The notes under the pieces were generated by a model. That model was given only the letters and a program-made list of their open reading frames with translations. It searched no databases and was not told the DNA's origin. From an uncultured delta proteobacterium (GTDB lineage: Bacteria; Desulfobacterota; Binatia; UBA9968): 64,000 nucleotides of DNA. The position numbers and the translations under genes are program-made. Of the stretch, positions 30,129-40,063 are shown one piece after another. Location: the NCBI GenBank assembly GCA_963804165.1, contig CAWDPO010000025.1, positions 96,001-160,000 on the forward strand, in the 5' to 3' direction. Within the stretch, counting starts at the first letter, position 1. Each line of letters begins with the position of its first letter.

Positions 30129-30950
30129 ATGCCGGAATTGCCCGAAGTCGAGACGGTCTGCCGCAGCTTGCGGCCGCATCTATTGGGTCGGACGATCCGG
30201 CGCGTCCAGGTTTTGGAGCCGCGTCTACGCGTGCCCGTGGATGCGCTCGCGCTCGCGGGCTTGGCCGGCCGGCGGATCGAAGAGATCAGCCGCCTGGCAA
30301 AATATATTTTGCTGAGCTTATCCGGCGGCGACGTCTGGTTGTTTCATCTCGGCATGTCGGGAAAGCTGATTTGCGTCGCGCCGCACACCGCGCCGCGCAA
30401 GCATGATCATATCGTCGTCGATTTTGACGACGGCATGGAGCTGCGCTACCACGACCCGCGCCGCTTCGGCTTGTCCTTGGTGGCGCGGCGCGAAGAGCTG
30501 ACGCAATTGCCGCAGTTGCGTCATGTCGGCATAGATCCGTTCGATCCGCGCCTCACGGGAGGTCTTTTGTTCGGTTTTACGCGCATTTCGGAGCGGCGCA
30601 TTCGCGATCTGCTGCTCGATCAGCAGATCATCGCGGGGCTGGGCAATATTTACGCGAACGAAATCCTCGCCTTGGCCCGCATCAAACCGACCACGCGCGC
30701 GTATCGCCTGACGCGCAGGCAGGCGCAGACGATCGCGGCAGCGATCCCCAAGTTGATGCGCGACGCGATTCGCTGGTGCGGCACGTCGTTTTCCGACTAT
30801 CGCGATGCCGACGATAAAGCGGGCGAGTTTCAAAAACACCTGAGAGTCTATGACCGCGACGGCGAGCGATGCCGGGTTTGTCCGAGCATGATCAAGCGCG
30901 TCGCCATCGGCAATCGCAGCGCATTTTATTGTCCAGCGTGTCAGAAGTAA
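30129..30950 (+). CDS. mutM: Formamidopyrimidine-DNA glycosylase
   Basis: MPELPEVE, HLGMSG, DPRRFG, GLGNIYANE, C-terminal CxxC...CxxCQ Zn finger. Confidence 0.96.
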   Translation: MPELPEVETVCRSLRPHLLGRTIRRVQVLEPRLRVPVDALALAGLAGRRIEEISRLAKYILLSLSGGDVWLFHLGMSGKLICVAPHTAPRKHDHIVVDFDDGMELRYHDPRRFGLSLVARREELTQLPQLRHVGIDPFDPRLTGGLLFGFTRISERRIRDLLLDQQIIAGLGNIYANEILALARIKPTTRAYRLTRRQAQTIAAAIPKLMRDAIRWCGTSFSDYRDADDKAGEFQKHLRVYDRDGERCRVCPSMIKRVAIGNRSAFYCPACQK

Positions 30951-30957
30951 AAGATTT

Positions 30958-31009
30958 CGTTCCAATCGTTCAAAAACGTTCCAGCCGTTCCAACCGTTCA
31001 ATCGTTGAA
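30958..31009 (+). repeat. Intergenic CGTT(C/G) short-period repeat, six units
   Basis: CGTTCCAAT-CGTTCAAAAA-CGTTCCAGC-CGTTCCAAC-CGTTCAAT-CGTTGAA. Confidence 0.75.
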
Positions 31010-31048
31010 GAGACGGATGATGATGAGTTTCGTAAGTGAAGGTTTGTC

Positions 31049-32297
31049 ATGACTTCCCAGGATTCACAGCGGGGTAAGCTCTTGTCGCCGCTGCGCCATC
31101 GGGATTTTCGCCTGTTCTGGACCGGCTTGCTGCTTTCCAGCGTCGGCAGTCAGTTTACTCAAGTCGCGATGGCGTGGCAGATCTACGAGCTGACGAATTC
31201 GCCGCTGCAAATCGGCATGATCGGCCTGGTGCGCGCAGTGCCGCAGATGTTCATTCTCCTGTTTGGAGGCTTGCTCGCCGACGCGATGAACCGGCGCAAG
31301 CTGATGATGGTGACGCAGGGGAGTTTATTTTTTGTCTCCGGAGCGCTCGCGCTGCTGACGCTGGGCGGCCACGTGACGCCGCTGAAACTTTACGGAATCA
31401 CGGTGTTCCTGGCGTTATTCAGCTCGTTAGAGGCGCCGTCGCGTCAGGCGATCGTCACCAACCTCGTGCCCGCGGAGGATTTGTCGCGCGCTTTGGCGAT
31501 CTTCAGCACGCAGCGGCAGATCGCCACGATTGCCGGCCCGTCGATCGCCGGGGTCGATATTGGCGATCGCCGGTCCGAGCGTTTGTTACGCGGTCGATGC
31601 CATCTCGTGGCTGGTGATGCTCGCGTCGCTGGCGCTTATTCGCGCCGAGTTGCCGGTGCGCGGGGGCTGGCGCACGATCACGCTGGATTCGCTGCGCGCG
31701 GGTTTTCGCTTCGTCTGGGGGCATGCCGTCATATTTCCATTTCTTGATGATGGATTTCGGGCGCGAATATTTTCGGCACGATGCGCTCGCTGTTTCCGAT
31801 CTATGCGCGCGATATCCTCGGCGTCGGACCGGAGGGATTGGGCATACTTTATGCCGCCAGCGCCGGCGGATGCGTTGTTAGGCGCTTTCGGCTTCAGTGT
31901 GTGGGGACCGGTGCGGCAGGCCGGACGGTGGATACTGTTCGGCGTGACGATCTATGCAGTGTGCCTGCTGCTCTTCGCTCAGTCGCATTTTTTTTGGCTG
32001 TCGATTGTTTTTCTCGTCGGCTCCGGCGTCGGCGATACGATCAGCGCGATTCTGCGCGCCACGATCAATCAATTGAGCACACCGGACGAGCTGCGCGGCC
32101 GCATGTCTTCGATCAATAGCATCTTTACCAACAGCGGCCCGCAGCTGGGTCAATTCCAGCTCGGCGCCCTAGCGGCGGCATTTGGCACGCAATTCGCCGC
32201 TTCGACCGGAGCCCTCGTCATTCTTTTTATCGTCGGAGTTCTGCTGGTACGTTTTCCACACGTGCGGGATTATCGAATCGCGCCGCAAAGCACGTAG
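31049..32297 (+). CDS. MFS transporter (EntS/DHA3-like), about four single-base frameshifts
   Basis: PLRHRDFRLFW, GGLLADAMNRRKL and TPDELRGRMSS are spread over three ORFs; extra bases near 31555, 31741, 31760 and 31870. Confidence 0.8.
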
Positions 32298-32369
32298 GTT
32301 GGTCCCGGATTACATAAGGGTTATGGCGAGCTCAGAAGAGTGACGAAGAGTCGGAGAGTAATTTTGTGT

Positions 32370-33311
32370 TCATGCTTTACGCGCCCCGTCCGAGTCGTTT
32401 CCCTGCTGCTTGATTACATTCATCGCCAGAGAAATCATCGAGCCGACGTCGCTCAACGTCGCCGGCAATATTAACGTGTTGCCGGTCTGGGCGAGCTTGC
32501 CGAATTCGATAAGATAATTCTCCGCGACGCGCAATTGGACCGCTTCGAAGCCGCCCGGTTGCTGGATCGCTTCGGCGACCTTGCGGATACCGCTGGCCGT
32601 CGCATCGGCGATGGCGAGGATCGCCGCGGCTTGACCTTCGGCTTCGTTGATTTGCTGCTGCTTTTTTCCTTCCGAGGCCTTGATCGCTTGCTGTTTTTCA
32701 CCTTCGGCGCTGTTGATCGCGGCGTCGCGCTGACCTTCGGACGTCAGGATCAAGGCCCGTTTCTCGCGCTCTGCGCGCATCTGCTTTTCCATGGCAGCGA
32801 GAATATCCTGAGGCGGGGTGATGTTTTTGATCTCGTAGCGCATGACCTTGATACCCCAGGGTTCGGAAGCTTTGTCTAACTCGCTGACCACCTGGGTATT
32901 GATGTTGGTTCGTTCTTCGAACGTGCGATCCAGTTCGATCTTGCCGAGCTCGCTGCGCAACGTGGTTTGGGCGAGCTGCGTAATGCCGAAAATGTAGTCG
33001 CCGATGCCATAAGAAGCCCGCTCTGGATTCAAGACTTTTTGGTAAAGCACGCCGTCGACGGAGACCTGGACATTATCGCGCGTGATGCAAACCTGCGGCG
33101 GGATGTCGATAGCCTGTTCCTTCAGTGAATGCTTGTAACGAATCACGTCGAGAAAAGGGAAGAGGATATGAAAACCGGCGCCCAGAGTGCCGCTATACTT
33201 ACCTAAACGTTCGACGACGAAGGCGCTCTGCTGCGGCACTACAACAGCGGTCTTGGCGACGATGATGATGACGAGAAATGCCAACACGATGACAACGATA
33301 AATCCGCCCAT
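32370..33311 (-). CDS. SPFH/band-7 stomatin-like protein (QmcA-like)
   Basis: VERLGKY, CITRDNV, AQTTLRSELG, WGIKVMRYEI, QMRAEREKRA. Confidence 0.92.
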   Translation of the reverse strand: MGGFIVVIVLAFLVIIIVAKTAVVVPQQSAFVVERLGKYSGTLGAGFHILFPFLDVIRYKHSLKEQAIDIPPQVCITRDNVQVSVDGVLYQKVLNPERASYGIGDYIFGITQLAQTTLRSELGKIELDRTFEERTNINTQVVSELDKASEPWGIKVMRYEIKNITPPQDILAAMEKQMRAEREKRALILTSEGQRDAAINSAEGEKQQAIKASEGKKQQQINEAEGQAAAILAIADATASGIRKVAEAIQQPGGFEAVQLRVAENYLIEFGKLAQTGNTLILPATLSDVGSMISLAMNVIKQQGNDSDGARKA

Positions 33312-33324
33312 ACTTGTCTCCGTT

Positions 33325-33758
33325 TCAGTTTGATTCGGCGCGAACGAAAATAGTCAGACCTTCGACGCGCTCGACCCTGCAGCGCTGGCCGCGGGCAACG
33401 GCTTGGTCGCCGATGTTGCGTGTGTTCCACGATGTGCCGCGCAGCTCCGCTTTACCGACGCTGTTCACCGAGATGTCTTCAAGCGGGACGGCGACTTCAC
33501 CGACCATGCTGTCGACGCTTTCCGAGGGGCGTCCTCGGGTCAATTCCAGGAGCTTGCCACGGAACAGCCAAAGGAAAGCACCGATAACGCGGAGAATAGG
33601 ATAAATTGAAACCAGGCGGGGCCGGCGACTTGGAATCCGACCAGGATTCCCACAATCACCGCGCCGATGCCGAAGAAGAGGATATAGAAGCCGCCCGGAG
33701 TCATAAGCTCCGCGACAGAAATCAGGAGACCGAGCAAGATCCAGATCCACCAATCCAT
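33325..33758 (-). CDS. NfeD-family (YbbJ-like) membrane protein, one frameshift near 33572
   Basis: N-terminal MDWWIWILLG...PGGFYILFFG (ORF 33540..33758) joins the OB-fold GKAELRGTSW...VERVEGLTIFV; adjacent to the SPFH gene. Confidence 0.8.
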
Positions 33759-33838
33759 AAGCTATTGCCGCAGTTGTGCCCGCTGAACCTAGCCGAGGTC
33801 CGCCGGTATTTCAACCTCCGGATATTAACGCGATTGGG

Positions 33839-34586
33839 TTATCGCGACGGATGGTGGCGATATTTCTTTTCGATGCCGAATAGATTGATGAACTCGCCGA
33901 AAACACGCGCGCTCAGCTGGTGCAGTCGCGCCATGTGCTCCGGCGTAGTCCATGCAAATGCGCTCGGGGTCGATGGTCCCGTCGAGGGCCGCGATTTCCT
34001 TACGGTTCTCGGCGACGCGCAGCCAGCGATGAATCATCGGCTCGTCGACTTCCAGATGAAACTGAAAGCCGTAGACGTTGTTGCCGTAACGAAAGGCTTG
34101 ATTTGCGCACAGGGAGGAAAAGGCGAGGTGGCGGGTGCTTTTGGGGATATCGAAGGTTTCCCCGTGCCACTGAAAAATCGTTTCCGTCTTCTGAAATTCC
34201 AGTAATAAAGGATCGCTTTCCGCCTCGTCCGTCGGCGAGACGTCATACCAGCCGATTTCCTTTTCCTTATTCGGATAGACGGCGGCGCCGAGCGTTTTTG
34301 CGATCAATTGGGCGCCGAGGCAGATGCCCAATACCGGAATATTCCGGCGCAGCGCCTGTTCGATCAAGCGCATCTCGGTGGTCAGATGCGGTAGTCGGTT
34401 CGAGTCGTTGACGCTCATCGGTCCACCTAAGACCACCAGCCCGTTGTAGCCGTCCAGGCTCGGCTGGGCGTCCGGATGGCGCGCGAAATTTACATAGCGG
34501 ATACGGAAGCCCGAGCGCTTGAGCATAGGATTTAGAGTTCCCAATAGCTCATGCGGCACATGCTGGAGGACGAGCAGCTTTTTCAT
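33839..34586 (-). CDS. Type 1 glutamine amidotransferase (GMP synthase-like), frameshift near 33949
   Basis: LQHVPHE, LGGPMSV, GICLGAQL, FQWHGETF, QFHLE; corrected C-terminus ...HMARLHQLSARVFGEF...PSR*. Confidence 0.85.
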
Positions 34587-34758
34587 GGGAGTTGAGCAAT
34601 TTTTAACGATCTAAGCAATTTAAATTATAGCGCGACGCGGCGAATATTTGAAATCCCGGGTCGCGCAGGAGGATCGCGGCGAAAGCGTCGGCGCGAACTA
34701 CCATCGGACAGTCACTGGCGGCGCGCGCTTGCAATTGATAGAAGTAAATCACGTCGCC

Positions 34759-36321
34759 ATGAAGAACCACGAGACTGAAGCCGCATGGACCTATCATAAC
34801 GGCACGAAGCATTCGTACGAGAGCATTCGGACCAATCGTCATTATCTCGACTGGGACAATCAGCCGATCCCGTTCAAGATCTATTCCGGACTGGCGCCCA
34901 TTACTCTACCGGAGCATTTATCATCTTCGGGAATCCCGGCACCTGCGGCGATATCGAGCAGCGCCGCGCATCAAGATGATTCTGTCCTACCGACGCGACA
35001 GACCGTAGCGGAAATCTTATTTCACTCCGCCGGTATTACGAGGCGGAGAAGCTATCCGGGTGGGGAGATGTTATTTCGCGCGGCCGCTTGCACCGGCGCC
35101 CTCTATCACATCGATCTCTATCTTGTGTGCGGTGACCTTGAGGATCTTGACGCGGGTGTCTATCACTTCAGCCCACAGGGTTTTTCGCTGCGAAGGTTGC
35201 GAGAGGGAGATTATCGTTCAGTCTTGGTGACTGCCAGTGGAGAGGAACCTTCGATCGTGAATGCGCCGTGCGTGATCGTCAGCGGATCAACATTCTGGCG
35301 CAACGCGTGGAAATACCAGGCGCGCGCTTATCGGCACTGCTATTGGGACAACGGCACAATTCTCGCCAATCTTTTGGCCGCGGCGGCTGCGCGGAATATC
35401 GCCGCCAAGGTGGTCCTCGGCTTCGTCGATGAGACTGTAAACCACCTCTTGGGCTTGGATAGCCAACGCGAGGCGCCGCTTTCCATGGTGGCGATGGGTG
35501 AAGCGTCGCCACGGCGAATTGGTCTGTCTCCGCCGTTGGAGACGCTGGCGTTCGAAATTGCGCCGCTGTCGAAAACCGAGGTCGACTACCCGGAGATGAG
35601 GGCGATGCACGAGGCTTCTTCTTTGGAGAGCGACGAAGAAGTCGCGGCGTGGCGAGAGGGGAGAGGAAAGGCGGAAGGCAAAGGGATAACGGATGAAGGA
35701 GGAAACGCGCGGCTGTTTCCACTTCAATTGTTGCGTGATGACGAATTGCCTCAAGACGCGATCGAGGAGGTGATCGTTCGGCGCGGCTCGACGCGCGAGT
35801 TTGAACGCGAATCGATTAGCTTTGCGCAGCTCTCAACGATGCTCGATCGCGCGACCCGGGGAATACGGGCGGACTTTCTCGAACAGGTGGAAGTCCCGCT
35901 CAACGATGTTTACTTGATAGTGCACGCGGTGGACGAACTGCCGCCGGGAGCATACGTTTTTCGGCGCGAGCAACTCGCGCTCGAATTACTAAAAGAAGGC
36001 GATTTTCGCCGCGAGGCGGGCTATCTCGGTTTGGGCCAGGAGATTCCGGCCGATTGCAGCGTCAACGTTTACTTTTTAGCCGATCTAAAAAAAGTTCTGG
36101 ACCGTTTTGGCAACCGTGGTTATCGCGCGGCTCAGCTCGAAGCGGCCATCATGGGCGGAAAACTCTATCTTGCGGCGTATGCTCAGCGGCTCGGCGCCTC
36201 CGGGCTGACGTTCTTTGACAACGACGTCATGGAATTTTTCTCGCCCCATGCGGCGGGCAAGAGCGTGACGTTTTTGATCGCTTTGGGTAAGTCGGCAAAG
36301 CGGAATCGGGCGAAAACTTGA
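34759..36321 (+). CDS. SagB/ThcOx-like oxidoreductase with tandem nitroreductase domains
   Basis: YHNGTKHS, RAAACTGALY, WKYQARAYR, RRGSTREF, NRGYRAAQLEA, GLTFFD. Confidence 0.85.
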   Translation: MKNHETEAAWTYHNGTKHSYESIRTNRHYLDWDNQPIPFKIYSGLAPITLPEHLSSSGIPAPAAISSSAAHQDDSVLPTRQTVAEILFHSAGITRRRSYPGGEMLFRAAACTGALYHIDLYLVCGDLEDLDAGVYHFSPQGFSLRRLREGDYRSVLVTASGEEPSIVNAPCVIVSGSTFWRNAWKYQARAYRHCYWDNGTILANLLAAAAARNIAAKVVLGFVDETVNHLLGLDSQREAPLSMVAMGEASPRRIGLSPPLETLAFEIAPLSKTEVDYPEMRAMHEASSLESDEEVAAWREGRGKAEGKGITDEGGNARLFPLQLLRDDELPQDAIEEVIVRRGSTREFERESISFAQLSTMLDRATRGIRADFLEQVEVPLNDVYLIVHAVDELPPGAYVFRREQLALELLKEGDFRREAGYLGLGQEIPADCSVNVYFLADLKKVLDRFGNRGYRAAQLEAAIMGGKLYLAAYAQRLGASGLTFFDNDVMEFFSPHAAGKSVTFLIALGKSAKRNRAKT

Positions 36322-36354
36322 GCTAGTCAGCGCGGCCGACCGGGGCAGCAGATT

Positions 36355-37215
36355 TCATTCCATCAAGCCGATGCCGTGATGTTGCAGCACACGGATCTCC
36401 AGCGACGCCGGCAAGCCGTCCTTGCTGATCGCCAGCGTATCGCCTTTTAAAAACTGTGTCTTTATTCCCGTCGTAAATTGCCTCACCAGGTAGGAGCTGT
36501 CGCGGTGATGCATCGGGACGGCGACTTTCGGCTTGAGCTGGGCCAGCACTTCTCTGGCCAGGTGCGGGTCCATGGTGCGCCGGCCACCGATCGGCGTCAG
36601 GGCGACGTCGACTTTGCCGAAGGCTTTGATTTGCTGCTCGTTGAGTTTTTGGCTTAAGTCGCCGAGATGAGCGATGCACAATGTTCCGAGATCGAAAACG
36701 AATGCCGAACCATGGATGCCCTCGATAAATTCCGCGTTCTGATGGATTGGCACGTTGTAGATGTAGGTGTCTTTGAAGCTCCTGCTTATCGTGTTCCATC
36801 CCGCACCGAAGTCTTTGAGTCCTCGGAGAATCAGCGGATTGCCCCGGACAATTTGCACCGCGTTGTGATTAAACTGCTCTTTGCCCACCGTGACGACGTC
36901 GCCCACCACATTCGGGTTCGGATACCATCCTGGCCCCAACGGGTCGGTGACGATGCGCGTTCCCTTGCTGGTGGTGATGAGAAAAAAATTGTGGCCGAAG
37001 TATTGAATCGTCGCGTCGACGTTCGCCGCGTAGGCAAGCGATCCAAACCCGCGCGCCACGTCCGGGTCGCGGCAAGCGGAGAAGGCGGAAGCGCTAACGG
37101 TAAGAAGTGAACTGAGGAAAATTGCCGAACTGAAGATTGACCGTATCGCTATAAATTGACGAAGCAGATCATGACGGCCACGATCACGGTGCTTGCCACA
37201 ACGCCGCGTTTCCAT
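36355..37215 (-). CDS. Exported MBL-fold protein with a degenerate metal-binding motif
   Basis: Hydrophobic signal segment; GHNFFLI, IVTDP, AHLGDL, PIGG, PMH; the HxHxDH position reads GKEQFNH. Confidence 0.75.
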   Translation of the reverse strand: METRRCGKHRDRGRHDLLRQFIAIRSIFSSAIFLSSLLTVSASAFSACRDPDVARGFGSLAYAANVDATIQYFGHNFFLITTSKGTRIVTDPLGPGWYPNPNVVGDVVTVGKEQFNHNAVQIVRGNPLILRGLKDFGAGWNTISRSFKDTYIYNVPIHQNAEFIEGIHGSAFVFDLGTLCIAHLGDLSQKLNEQQIKAFGKVDVALTPIGGRRTMDPHLAREVLAQLKPKVAVPMHHRDSSYLVRQFTTGIKTQFLKGDTLAISKDGLPASLEIRVLQHHGIGLME

Positions 37216-37448
37216 CAGCGGCAGGCTATTGGATTGAAGTTAAAAAAACAATCGATAAGTTTAGCGCGCCTTAGAGTCTTTTGCCCCGAACCCGCGATGC
37301 GTGAGGTTCAGCAGGCCTGGCTATTCGATCGCTTCATGTTAAAATTTTCTACCAAGCACGGCTTGTTTTCCGGTGCGTCCAAGCCGGTTATAAGGATTGT
37401 CTGAACGCGCGCTGATCATTGTTGTCACCGCGTGAGGAGGGACGAATC

Positions 37449-38183
37449 ATGTTGAATGTCGAAAACAAAGTCATCGTCATCACCGGAGCCAGCAGTGGAA
37501 TCGGCGAAGCCACGGCTAAGCTGCTCGCTGAAAACGGCGCTAAGGTTGTTCTTGGCGCGCGGCGCACGGAAAAGCTTGAAAACATCGTCCGGGACATTCG
37601 CACACAGGGTGGCACGGCAGAATTCAAAGCCGTGGATGTTACAAAGCGTGATGATGTAAAAGCGTTCGTCGATTTTGCCAAAGACAAGTTCGGACGCGTC
37701 GACGTCATTGTAAATAACGCCGGGATCATGCCGCTGTCGCCGATGAAAGCTTTGAAAGTTGATGAATGGGATAACATGATCGACGTCAACATCCGCGGCG
37801 TATTGAACGGCATCGCCGCGGGCTTGCCGATCATGGAAGCGCAAGGCTGCGGCCAGTTCGTGAATACCGCCTCCATAGGCGCCCATGTTGTCGTGCCGAC
37901 GGGCGCGGTTTACTGCGCGACCAAGTACGCGGTCTGGGCGATCTCCGAAGGTCTGCGGCAAGAATCACAAAACATCCGAGTCACCACCATCTGTCCAGGG
38001 GTGGTCGAGACCGAACTGGGCTCCGACATTACCGACCCGTCGGCGCAAGGCGCGTTGAGAGACTATCGCAAAATCGCCCTGGGGCCCGATGCGATTGCCA
38101 GAGCGATTTTATTTGCTGTTTCGCAGCCCGACGGTGTCGATGTCAATGAAGTCATCGTGCGACCCACGGCGAGTGCATTCTAA
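37449..38183 (+). CDS. SDR family oxidoreductase
   Basis: TGASSGIG, NNAG, YCATK, PGVVETEL, VNEVIVRP. Confidence 0.93.
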   Translation: MLNVENKVIVITGASSGIGEATAKLLAENGAKVVLGARRTEKLENIVRDIRTQGGTAEFKAVDVTKRDDVKAFVDFAKDKFGRVDVIVNNAGIMPLSPMKALKVDEWDNMIDVNIRGVLNGIAAGLPIMEAQGCGQFVNTASIGAHVVVPTGAVYCATKYAVWAISEGLRQESQNIRVTTICPGVVETELGSDITDPSAQGALRDYRKIALGPDAIARAILFAVSQPDGVDVNEVIVRPTASAF

Positions 38184-38371
38184 GTACCGACGCAATAATT
38201 CGCCTACGAGGGAAAAAAGAGAAAACACGAAGCCGAGCGCGTGGCCGAATTCGACATTTCAAAACCTTCGGCGGGTCATAGACCTCGAACACTGCGGGTT
38301 ACAGATTTATCCTGCCGTTGTGTTTATCGAATCCTAAGCGCGCTTAAATTATTCTAAGCGAGAATCACCGC

Positions 38372-38899
38372 TCAAACGAAGCCCAAAATTCCTGCGAGCG
38401 CACCCGCGGCGAGTAGCCACAGCGGGTTCCATGACGTGCGCAAAACCACGGCGACGGTGATGAGTGTGATCAGGTAGCTCCGCCAGTCGTGGTTCACCGT
38501 GCGCATCAGGATCGTTGCGCTTGCGAACATCAGCCCAATCGTAATCGGTGTCAGGCCGCGGCGGACAGCGCGGCTGATTGGGGCATTGGGATACCGCTCG
38601 TTGAAATGCCCGACAAGCAGCGTGAGAGTGGTGGCCGGCACCAGCAACGGAATCGTGGTCGCGGCGACGCCCTTCCATCCCGCCAGGTGCCAGCCCATAA
38701 GCGTGACGTACATGACGTTGGGACCGGGCGCGACCTGCGCCAAGGTGTAGATCTCGGCAAACTGCGCGCTCGTCAAGAGGTGGTGCACTTCCACCACATA
38801 GCGATGGATGTCCGGCAGGATCGTCGAGGGACCGCCGACGGCCACGAACCACAGAGCCAAAAAATGCAAAAACAGCGCGCTGAGATCGACACGGTCCAT
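38372..38899 (-). CDS. Short-chain chromate transporter, second subunit
   Basis: AVGG, LAQVAPGPN; ATG overlaps the upstream TGA (TGATG). Confidence 0.88.
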   Translation of the reverse strand: MDRVDLSALFLHFLALWFVAVGGPSTILPDIHRYVVEVHHLLTSAQFAEIYTLAQVAPGPNVMYVTLMGWHLAGWKGVAATTIPLLVPATTLTLLVGHFNERYPNAPISRAVRRGLTPITIGLMFASATILMRTVNHDWRSYLITLITVAVVLRTSWNPLWLLAAGALAGILGFV

Positions 38900-39453
38900 C
38901 ACTCCTGCTCTTTCCACGCCGCGAAGATAGCCCAGGGCGTTAAAGCCCCCATGACCCACAGTAGCGGCCAGCGCATGACGCCCACGCCGACAAAGGCCAG
39001 CATCGCAAACATCCACGCCTGCCAGCGCCGCGGCAACACCATCGCCAACTTGATCACGGTGGCGAGCAGTAACCCCGCCGCTACAATGGACATGCCGGCC
39101 AGCGCCTGCTGCACCTGTGGTACAGCGCCGTAGTGCTGATACAGCACGCCCATGCCGATGACCACCAGACATGGCCAGCCCAAGAAGCCGGCGACGGCCG
39201 CTAGCGCGCCCGTCCAGCCGGCGAAACGATAGCCAACCATCACGGTTAGATTGAGCACGTTGGGCCCGGGCAGGAGCTGTCCGAGCGTTAACACTTCGAC
39301 AAATTCCCGCTCGGTGAGCCAGCGCTGTCGCTCGACCAGCTGACGCCGTGCCCAAAAAATCGCGCCGCCGAAACTTGACAAGCTAACCCGTGAAAAAGTG
39401 AGGAATAGATCAAGCGGGCTTACCTGCGGCTTATGTGATTCTGTTTGCTCCAT
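38899..39453 (-). CDS. Short-chain chromate transporter, first subunit
   Basis: SSFGG, LVERQRWL, GQLLPGPN; ATG at 39453 inferred. Confidence 0.88.
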   Translation of the reverse strand: MEQTESHKPQVSPLDLFLTFSRVSLSSFGGAIFWARRQLVERQRWLTEREFVEVLTLGQLLPGPNVLNLTVMVGYRFAGWTGALAAVAGFLGWPCLVVIGMGVLYQHYGAVPQVQQALAGMSIVAAGLLLATVIKLAMVLPRRWQAWMFAMLAFVGVGVMRWPLLWVMGALTPWAIFAAWKEQE

Positions 39454-40063
39454 GGTTTCTTGGCTTGATGCGTTGAACCGGTTGAACTGAAGACGTTTTT
39501 TCTTCTTTGAGTCTTTAGCAGGTTTCTGGAGAAAAGTTTCGGATTGCTTCGACACGGTCAGCATGGACGGAAAATCTAATTCATTTCAACCCCGTCTCCG
39601 TTTGCCTTGAGGCTTATGATGGATGTCGGCTTTGTTTTGGATCCGTTGGTTTTGCTTCGCCCAGTCTCTCGAGCAGCTTCGCCGTCGTCTCCACGTTACG
39701 GCAAAAGGGCGCCGCGACTTCGCTCGTCCCCGCACCCTAGGCTGTCCGTAACTCGAGGGGTTGCTTCCTTTCCCTTCCTTCTCTCCCAAGTAACGTTGGT
39801 TACACCACTGTATCCAAGCGTTGCGTCCGTAGCTTGCTACCGAGGAACGTAAATCCCGCGAATCGATAGGGCAATTCAGTCATTTATGTCGAACCCGAGA
39901 AAGAACTGCGAGATGGCATTGGCATTGCTGTCCTGGAAAGGTGTGACGCTAGCTTAGAAAAGAAAACAGCAAGGGGGCGGGTACTTAAAGCGGACGCCAA
40001 CGAGAAAGCGAAAATCTTACCTGGGTAGCCGCTTTCGCTAGCGCGAAGCGCAAGGAGGGTCAA

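Noticed and set aside
29225-31009. GTTC arrays as CRISPR repeats or alphaproteobacterial LexA boxes
   Set aside because: Units are 7-10 bp with no spacers and no cas genes; adjacent GTTC spacing is N3-N6, not N7
31049-34586. Programmed ribosomal frameshifting
   Set aside because: No consistent slippery heptamers, and several shifts occur in a single gene; sequencing error is more parsimonious
34759-36321. SagB-like gene as an azole RiPP cluster
   Set aside because: No YcaO, E1-like protein or Cys/Ser/Thr-rich precursor nearby; stand-alone tandem nitroreductases are common
37309-37350. Possible third copy of the 88-bp repeat (TCAGCAGG...AAATTTTC)
   Set aside because: Only two short blocks match, with a 5-bp spacing difference; compatible with chance
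38372-39355. 327-aa ORF as a long-chain chromate transporter
   Set aside because: Its N-terminal half is an off-frame overlap of the upstream subunit; the real start is the ATG at 38899, coupled by TGATG
39570-40060. A partner gene upstream of the TIR protein
   Set aside because: Only short ORFs with no recognisable motif were found in the frames I translated
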